Shown piece by piece: positions 38,529 to 47,062 of a DNA stretch of 47,062 bases (position 1 is its first letter; each line of letters begins with the position of its first letter). The notes under the pieces were generated by a model. That model did no database searches. It saw nothing but the letters and a program-made list of their open reading frames with translations, and had not been told where the DNA came from. Made by a program: the position numbers and the translations under genes. Origin of the DNA: Trichinella spiralis (lineage: Eukaryota); NCBI RefSeq assembly GCF_000181795.1, contig NW_003526941.1:8375612-8422673 (forward strand), read 5' to 3'.

Positions 38529-39751
38529 TGACAAGTGCATACTGATGGAGTCAGTAGTCACTGTAATGAGTTATTAAGCCTCGGTTCATGTTAAATCCCT
38601 TAACAAAATTATTTAATTTCGTAAAAATATTTAATTTAGTTCAACTACCAATGTTAGTGTTCAAATAGTGAAACCTTACCAGCTGCTTGAATTCAAATAC
38701 ACTGATGATAAATGTAGATCTATTTGATTATTAGTCTTTAAAAATTTGCTTCGAATTAAAATTTATAATAATATTTGTAATTCATTACAAATTTTGCGTA
38801 ATTCGTAACTTGTTATAAATGTTTCACGCACGACCAACAAGTCTCCTCCACTTAAAAAATGTCTCACCATATTTTGTTTAAAAATCAAAATAAAATAACT
38901 TGGTGTATTTATTATAGTATTGTTTAAATTGACATCTACAATATTATTCAACAATAAAATATTAATCTTGAAATTCTCAAACTGACAGTTTTATATTACG
39001 AATGTTATTTACAGTAAACTTGCAATTTCAATTTCAATACAGAAAGTTTAAAATCTCCACAAAAGCATTTAAAGCGTTGCTCCGTACAAGTCTTATGAAT
39101 GTTATACTTTCAAGCATTCACGAGGGTATAATATTTTAAATTAAACAAATTAATTTTATAAACGTCATCCTTCTTTACAGTAATCGGTAAGTAAATAAAT
39201 GCATGCGATAAACGTACAGTATGTAAACGTTGCAATGGTGACGTTGCAATTTAGCAATGTATGATCAGTGTCAGTAATTAAATTTGTTCTACGTTACGAG
39301 TGAAACATGTATATTTTTAGAATTGTTCATTAAAATTTCAAAACAATAATAATAATAACTGCAAAAATGATGAAAAGAAAAGCTCGAAATGTGAATTTAT
39401 TGAAAGTATAAATTGCATGCAAATGATTATGATAAGTTTATTAATAAAAAAACATTTTTAAACAACGGCATTTTAAAGTTTGGCACCCTAAAGCGACTTT
39501 AAATTAAACGATTGCCCGTTCGATTGAACCAAACAACTCCATTACCTTTTATTTTTCTATACGGGCATTGTGCACGATTTTCCTATTGTTGTTGCGCAAC
39601 ACTTTTTCACGCCTCTGCAATTTGCATCGCTGTTGCACATGATCAAGTTGCCAACAATTTCGGACGATTTCAAAATTGGACACGAGCCTCTCTTCTTCAC
39701 CTCTAAAATCAACCGATGGATAATGATAATCAATTGCCAAATTATTTACGA

Positions 39752-39978
39752 TTAACCCTTTGATGGATTGTTGGGGTAGAGCCCACCCCAGGGGGTTTTC
39801 TTTTCGTCGCATTCTGTCAATTTTCATTTTTATAGTCTGAAGCTTTGTGACATCTCTTTTGAAACAATAAGACATATTTTTAAAGAAATTTCAATGTTCC
39901 AGGATTTTTTGTTCGGTCTACAGAACATCGTAAACTTAAAAGGTACGTTATTGGATTGTTGGGGTAGGCCCCACCCCA
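39752..39978 (+). mobile_element. Putative piggyBac-like transposon left end / non-autonomous remnant
   Basis: TTAA followed by CCCTTTGA (TTAA target plus CCC terminus, as in piggyBac). Two direct copies (39764-39790 and 39952-39978, 25/27 identical) of TGGATTGTTGGGGTAGnnCCCACCCCA, each containing a TGGGGT-n7-ACCCCA palindrome. Confidence 0.45.
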
Positions 39979-41334
39979 CTTTAGAAAAACACGTCTAATA
40001 AGCTGGGAGTATGTTCAATTTTTATGAAATTTATTTTATTGGATAGTTCGAAGAATTCTGTAGATGATGGTATTAAAATATTTCCAATTTTAATATTTTT
40101 TAGCATTTTATTGGCAAAAAATGCGACAAAATTTCGGTTAAAAAATCGTCTTTTTTCAGTTTTTTTCTTCGCGTGGACTGAATTTTGTAAAATTCGTGAA
40201 ACAAATTACATTATTGAATAGAGCACGTTATTCTGCACATTTTGAATCTAAAAAAATGCCACTTTAAAAACTGTGATAAAATGGCAACGCTAACAGAATA
40301 AATATAAGCAATTCAGAAATACACATCCGCTCTGCATGCACAACAATAAATGAACCTATTCCCTTAGTTATCAAAGTGTTTTATTATTCATAAAAAACAA
40401 TATATCGTGCACTTAAGCTGAAAACAAAAGTGGCTATTAAAAAGCGCAAAGTGGTATTATAAATTACAACTTCAAAAGTCGCCGCATTTTCACATTTAAT
40501 ATTATGCAATACTTTTACGCAAAAAGATGAAAACTTATTTCCCATCATATTTGAAAAATAATCGCTTGACAGAACAATTGATTTCAACAAATCTGCTAAA
40601 GTATGAAATTGCCAGAGCTACAGTATAAAAGTTTCTTCATCATCATCATCAATATTACTGTAATAGAAATGTATGACACATTTTAAATAACTTATTAAGT
40701 GTATCTTATAAAAGAGTTAGTTTTGTTATTAAAAATTATAAATGACGATGAAATGCGCTGTTAATTTAAGCAGGATGATGAAAAGCATATAGTCCAAAAA
40801 TATTCAATAACTGAATTCTAAATAAATAATGGCTTAATATTTAAAAACTGAAAGTATTTTCAAAACAGAGGATAAGCAGAATAAAAATAAATGATCTAAA
40901 TTACTAAAATCAGTTGAACAATAACCAGATTATTTAATTTTCCTTTCACCTTTAATTCTAGTATTTTTTACTTTGTATGCATGTTAGTATTCGTTACCAC
41001 TAGAATTGTGTCTCCCTATGCATCGAAGTTCAATTTTCATTCAAAGTCTCCAGTAAAATATACTTTGAAATTAAACAACGATTAATATTTAAAAAATTTT
41101 AACTGATTTAAACGTTCAAACAGATTTCATGAAACAAAATTACAGTAATGAAGAAGCGATCTTGAACACGATCTTTGTACTGTACGTCTGATTATTTCAA
41201 GTAGGGGTAGTTGTGTGCTGTTTGCACAAAATGATTTAAGCAGGCATATTTCCTATTTAGTCTCTCGCATTTTAGTGCCTGTACGCATTTTGCCTTTTCC
41301 TTTAATCTGCATCTTGATTTCTTATTTTCAAAAG

Positions 41335-43030
41335 ATGCAACGGCCATGTTCTGTTGATTTTACTGTTCTCGGACATCTGAAATTGGAAAGCAGCACTAAT
41401 GGCAACAGACGTCAAATGGAGATGCAGTTGACGCGTGTCGATTTGCCCTGTAATCGTCCCATTAGCCGTTGCTTTGTTCCTGAATATCACAAAACTGTCT
41501 CAGGGAAGCATATTTATGAGCTTGCTACTAATTTTGAGCGAATTGTTCGCTGCAATGACGATCGACACGTTTTCTATCCCTCAAATAATAGTAAATGCTG
41601 TAATTATGATTCAGTTTCTAATTTTGCTGGCGAAGAGGATGAAGACCGCAATACAAGTGAAACGGATAGTTCCGTCGACAGTCAAGCATGTGATCTTGAT
41701 GAATTGGAACTGATGAAAGCAATGGGTCTTCCTGTACAGTTTACCTCGAAGAAGAAAAGTAATAAATCTCGAAAGAATCGCCATAAATATAGGAAATCAA
41801 CATCCAGAGCTGTCAAACGAAATGCTACAAGCTGCGATATTACAAACGGTGAGAATGAGAAAGGAACACTGACGCTACAAGGCAGCGGTAATATGAACTT
41901 TTGTACAGAAAATTTCATACCAACTGAAGATACATCATATAGTGCGTTGTCAGAGGTTCATTTGTCGTCAGGCTCTGCGCAGGAGGATACATGTGAGACA
42001 CAATTAACGGACGAGGAAGAAGTTGCAAAACGATTTATCAGTGATAAAGAAGAGAGCGATTATTATGATGCTGCTCGAAATTCAGACTCAGAATCAACAA
42101 AAAGTTTAGCAATTGAAAATGTGAAGAAGAATATTCTCCTGTTAGCTGAAAACAGGTATATATTTGGTGAAATGAGTGAAGATTTTGAAATGGTGGAATT
42201 GATCATAAAGCCAAAGAAATTTAATGCAGACAGTCTGTACGAAAGGAAAGAAGGAAAAGTGGATGAGTTGAACGGTACTGTAAAATCGGTCGAAAGTTTA
42301 GGTGAACGTGTAGAATGTTATAATCCTGAAGTGGACTTCAACCTTACGAAAGAGTATTGGGAACGCAATTGTAAATGCATATTGAAATACTGGAATCAAC
42401 GTTTTCGACTGTTTTACAAATATGAAGAAGGAATTCTGCTTGATGAACAATCTTGGTTTTCTGTAACTCCAGAAGCTATAGCTTGTCACATTGCTAAACG
42501 ATGTAAAAATAAGCTAATTGTAGATGCATTTTGTGGAGTCGGCGGCAACGCGATACAGTTTGCAAAACAAGGTAATTTTGTCATAGCGATCGACATTGAT
42601 CCAGTAAAAATCAAATGCGCTCGAAACAATGCAAAAATTTACCAAGTTGAAAATCAAATTCAATTCATCTGTGCCAACTTTTTCGATATCTACAGAAAAT
42701 TACGCTCTGATATTGTATTTTTGGCCCCACCATGGGGAGGACCGGATTATCAGTGCTTTAGAGAATTTGACGTTAAAACTATTGACATTCTTGACGGAAA
42801 AAGCATCATTGAAGCAGCGAGAACCATTTCCAAATCTATGATCTACTTTCTGCCCCGAAATTCTAGTCTTCTGTCGGTAGGTTTATTTGAATTTGCCTTT
42901 TTAAATTAGAAAGTTTATGAAAAATATTTTTCAGATCTACGATACAGTGAAGTTCAGCAAAGCTGTGGAAATTGAACAGAATTATGTTAATGGAATCTTC
43001 AAGACATTAGCTGTCTACATTAACTGTTGA
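41335..43030 (+). CDS. TGS1: Trimethylguanosine synthase (RNA cap guanine-N2 methyltransferase), ~545 aa, 2 exons
   Basis: Exons 41335-42876 and 42935-43030. Motifs LMKAMGLPVQF, KYWNQRFRLF..GILLDEQSWFSVTPEAIACHIA, IVDAFCGVGGNAIQFA, VIAIDIDPVKI, VFLAPPWGGPDY, YFLPRNS, VEIEQNYVNG. Confidence 0.95.
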
Positions 43031-45511
43031 CAGTATTCTTCTTTTTCTTTTGTTTCTGGGTTAACTATTTCAAGAAGAAGTGCATAAAAGTTATATAAAG
43101 TTATCGTGTACCTACGCACCAATTTGAAATATTGCCGTACATAATATTATCATAAAGTTGTACTGTTTCCTAATAAAAAGGTTATTTTTTTCAAATTTGT
43201 TGAGAATCGTACGGTAATTATGAAAAATTGTCCTTTGACGCTCTACATCTTTACAGTACTTCGTTGTCACACACTGGATGCACTCTGCCATTTATTTGCT
43301 GCATCATCAGCTTTATTTAACATTTAACAAATGGCGCCTTATTCAAATATTTGTTCACGTAATGCATAAAAATGTTATATTCAAATTGGCACCGCGAAAT
43401 TATAATATTTATCGTAAAATACAATACATCAACGTCGTAAGAAGGCACATCAACAGGCTGTTTAGCATGCTTTACGAAACTTTTATAAAAAGCAAACTAT
43501 TGTTATATTTGTGATGAAAATTGATATATTAATACGATTACAATTTTGAACCAACAACATGCGTTTCATTCATAATAAATTCGTCATTATATTTGTAAGA
43601 AATACTTTATGCAGAAAATTAAACTGCATTGAATGGAAAATTTCAATAAAACTAAAAATTTACATTTCGCTACCATTAATTCAAATCTCTTTCTTCATTT
43701 ACAACCTAAACTATTCACAGAATATTACTACAAGATCTCATGCTATCCAGTGAAACTGATTAAAATATTGAAAATAGTGATAAGAAATAGGATGATGATC
43801 ACAATACCCCATACTGTATTAAAATGCCTGCACTGCACACTGCGAACTGTAGAATTAATAATAAATATTTTGAAAAGATAGTAAACAGAAATAAAACAAA
43901 AAAAATAATAACTCACACTGTTATGGAAGATTATATTGAAATTAGCATAAAATACTGAAGCTGGCGTAGTTCAGCATCGTTGCACATCATCGACCGGTCG
44001 CTTCTCCAGTTTCGCCTACAAATAAATAAAATTTAATCAGTTGATAATTTTTATTCAAATCACTCTTAGGATCCGGTTCATTTGACATTTGCAAATCGGT
44101 GCGACTAATTTCCATTCTACTCGCTTTTCTTCTTTTTCAAAGTTCTACTTTTTGGAATCTTTTCAACTGAACAAACAAACAAACAAAACAGCAAATTGTT
44201 CGCTTGTTTTTTTAATTTTTTGGAAAATTTTCAATTCAAACATCTCGAATTAATTGAACAACGTTCAATTTGGAAAGCTGATGTAAAGCTTTATTGGAAC
44301 GATGCTTGCTTCAATTGTTAAGGTCTTCGGAGCGATTGTTGTTGACGTGCTGAAGCGAACAAGCGTAACAAATGTCAAAATTGGCTAGACTGAAAAATGT
44401 CCATATTTTTCAACCACATATCACATATATCAGAGAGAAGTGTTTCACAGACATTTCAAAATTGCCTACTTTGTTCACGGCATAATTGATTACGATATCA
44501 TCGAATTAAACCGAATTTCTTTGCGAGCAATTTTTCATCAAAATATAAATGAAACCACTTATCAAAAATAATAAAACACCAACTTGTTGACATTTCTATA
44601 ACGACCACATACAAGAGTGGATGTTTCAAAAAATAAGATTCAAAATAAGTGCAAATTCAATATTATTGTTCATCATCGAATATTTATTCACCATTTTCAG
44701 TTTCATACTGTTAAATGTTTCACCATGAGGATAAATTCAGTAAAAAAAACCTGAATGAATCTTTGGCTAAGCCAGATGATAGTTGATTTTCGAATTTTTC
44801 CAATTTCAAATTGTAATAAATTCGACATTCTTCATTTCCATCAAAAGAAGCCCAATACGGATAACAGAATAAAAAACTTTCCCATCTTTTGTTGGGAAGC
44901 TTCCGATTGCGCAACGTGAAATAAGCAAAGACTATTTTGAATATCTTTTCAATGGAAATATTTTTCACCAAGCATTTTCACCGACCCCATACATTACACC
45001 TTGTAGCTATAGACGAACTAGTTTGCTTCATTTTATTTAAATGTAATCTACAGTTCAGATCACTGTGAAACGGTAATCAATTTTAAAACAAAATTTGAAA
45101 ACCAACATTCGCCAATGAATTCAACAACTAATGATGCATTATTTAATGATATATTCTAATAAACATGCTACTCAGATAATGACATAAACAGATATCCATT
45201 CGAATATATACATGTGATCATGTCATATACATTGATTATTGAAAAGCAAGCATGACAAGATACTGTAACATTTGGTAAATCAGTTTAATTTTTGTCATTG
45301 ATACACCATAAAATGTTGAAATTAATATTTAAAAAACGTAAGATAAAATTTTAGTTTATATTCGTATTTATGTTATATAAATTGAAGATAAAAATTTCTT
45401 TAACAATTAAAAACTTGAATTTATTAGGTTACTGTACGATAGGCGTTGTGGTTTTGTTTTCGTTTGTGCAAGTTGTGTGAAAAAGACAGTTTATCTAAAT
45501 TCTGCTTCTAG

Positions 45512-46523
45512 ATGTCCGAAGGAACAATATTCTTAGATGCATTTGAAGGGAAATTTGAAAAAGTGAAAAATGAAGTTGACAAGTGTAAAGATGTGGTTAA
45601 CGTGAAGGATGAGGTTTCAGTTTTGATCCTGCAGTTGCTAGTAGTTTTTGCATATTTCTTTTTTAAGAATGGTCGTACAATTTTCCATTGGGCAGCTTCA
45701 GGTGGTCATTTGAACTTGATCGAATTCTTGGCCCCTCTTGTCAATGATATCAATGACGGGGATGAGGTTCGGTATTTTTTTCTCTTTTGTTGTATAATTC
45801 TTCTTCTTTGCATCATTAACGGCATTTGTGTTTTACGTTTAATTTTTTTTAATTGAATAATTATAGCTTGGTTGGAGCGCACTTACTATAGCTTGTTCGG
45901 CGGGACGTTCAGATGTTGTTCAATATCTGTTGGACTGCAAGGCTGATCCGAACATTCGCAGTTGCTTGAATACAACTCCATTGCATTATGCAGCTTCTAA
46001 AGGTCACGCAAATGTGAGCTATTCAAGCTTTCTGCTACTTAGATGAAAAAAAATGTTTCCAGATTGTGAAACTGTTGCTCGAACACAACGCTGATGTAAA
46101 CGCTCAGGACAAATGGGGAGGAACGCCATTGCATCGTGTGGCTTCAAAAGGAGGTCCAGTTATCATTCGACTGTTGCTCGAAGATAAGAACTGCCAAGTT
46201 AATTTACAAGATTCTGAAGGAAACACACCCTTGTAAGAGTAACTTTTCTAAAAATTATAATATATATGTGTATGTGTGTATGCGATTTCAATTTTCCTCT
46301 ATTGTAATGAAGGCATTTGGCCTGTGAAGGAAATAACGAAAATGAAACAATTTGTCTGATAAATTCTGGTGCCCAGTTTAATAAGAAGAACAAAGTAATT
46401 GTTTTTTATAATTTGAAAAGTAATGATTTGATTGGAAATTGTGCTTTTTTCTTTTAGAAAACAAAACACCGTTCGATTTGGCAAGTCCTGAACTTAGCCC
46501 GATTGTTTAAGACGTGTGAATAG
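45512..46523 (+). CDS. PSMD10: 26S proteasome non-ATPase regulatory subunit 10 (gankyrin/Nas6-like ankyrin-repeat protein), 6 exons; last exon in low-quality sequence
   Basis: Exons 45512-45613, 45668-45766, 45867-46013, 46063-46232, 46313-46394 and ~46458 onward. Ankyrin repeats GRTIFHWAASGGH, DELGWSALTIACSAGR, TPLHYAASKGH, GTPLHRVASKG, QDSEGNTPLHLACE, KTPFDLA match gankyrin. The last exon is one base out of frame as written, so the stop position is approximate. Confidence 0.85.
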
Positions 46524-47062
46524 CAATGGGCTGAAATTTTATTATTTTTTCGTTGGGGATGGAATTGGTTGAAACGCACGGGCCTTATTTATTTCCAAGC
46601 CAAAAATTATTTATTATCCATTATTAATTCCTCCCTAATTAATTATTACCCCTATTTTTTAAAAGGGAAAACAGGTATTCCTTTTTATTCCCCAGGGCTT
46701 TTTGGGAAATGGGTTTGGCCAAAAAAAATTTTTTATTTGAAAAGGGTTGAAAAATTTTACTTTTTTTTTTCCAAAAATTTTCAAAAATTATGGCCTTTTT
46801 CCGGGGCCTTTCCGGGGCCTAAAATTTTTTTTTTTAAAAAAAAAAAAAGGGAAAAAATTTTTTTTTTCCCCCCAAAAAAAAAAATTTTTTCTTTTTTTTT
46901 TCCCCCCCCCTTTTTTTTTAAAAAAAAAACCCCCCGGTTCCCCCTCTTTTCCCCCCCCCCAAAAAAAACAAAAAAAAAATTTTTTTTTTTCTTCCCCAAA
47001 AAAAAAAAACCCCCCTTTTTTTTTTTTTTACCCCCCTCTCTTAAAAAAAGGGCGCCCCCTCC
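46520..47062. other. Low-quality read tail (homopolymer stutter), not real genomic sequence
   Basis: Progressive degeneration into long runs of A, C, G and T at the contig end. Confidence 0.9.

Noticed and set aside
41215..41334. N-terminal extension of the TGS1 ORF in the ORF track
   Set aside because: It starts at GTG and runs through a pyrimidine-rich acceptor; ATG 41335 directly after the AG is the plausible start.
43971..43976. TGC-TGA (Cys-Sec?) in the putative minus-strand transcript
   Set aside because: No similarity to any selenoprotein family I recognise and no convincing SECIS downstream.
46458..46523. Apparent frameshift in the last PSMD10 exon (pseudogene or recoding)
   Set aside because: It lies where read quality collapses; one missing base after the acceptor restores KTPFDLA, so a sequencing error is the simplest explanation.
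46781..46999. 72-aa Lys/Phe/Gly ORF and G/C-run (G-quadruplex or telomere-like) pattern at the window end
   Set aside because: Homopolymer stutter of a failing sequencing read, with no regular repeat unit.
1..47062. CRISPR arrays, rRNA, tRNA, SL RNA or snRNA genes
   Set aside because: No repeat-spacer array or recognisable structural-RNA sequence seen by eye. Divergent small RNAs cannot be excluded without tRNAscan-SE and Rfam searches.

Overview
Eukaryotic, AT-rich genomic scaffold with many short (about 50-70 nt) GT-AG introns and TTTCAG/TTTTAG-type acceptors. This looks like a nematode draft assembly, most consistent with a clade I species such as Trichinella (inference from composition and gene architecture only). 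I assembled nine protein-coding genes by hand: a C6orf120/UPF0669 homolog, an SLCO5A1-like OATP transporter, an ING-family PHD protein, profilin, UBAC2, CIAO1, MEPCE/Bin3, TGS1 and PSMD10/gankyrin. A 2.9-kb block (OATP 3' half plus ING) appears twice on either side of a 10-N gap, most likely unmerged haplotypes. About 19.5 kb (19.0-38.5 kb) has no recognisable protein-coding gene but carries splice signals, a 46-codon sORF and a few hairpins. After a second gap there is a probable piggyBac-like terminal remnant, and a possible spliced minus-strand non-coding or degenerate transcript lies at about 43.7-44.4 kb. The last ~550 nt are low-quality read tail. I see no CRISPR array, rRNA, tRNA or clearly novel system. 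The best leads are a candidate profilin-ING operon, the unexplained spliced transcripts and the piggyBac-like element.
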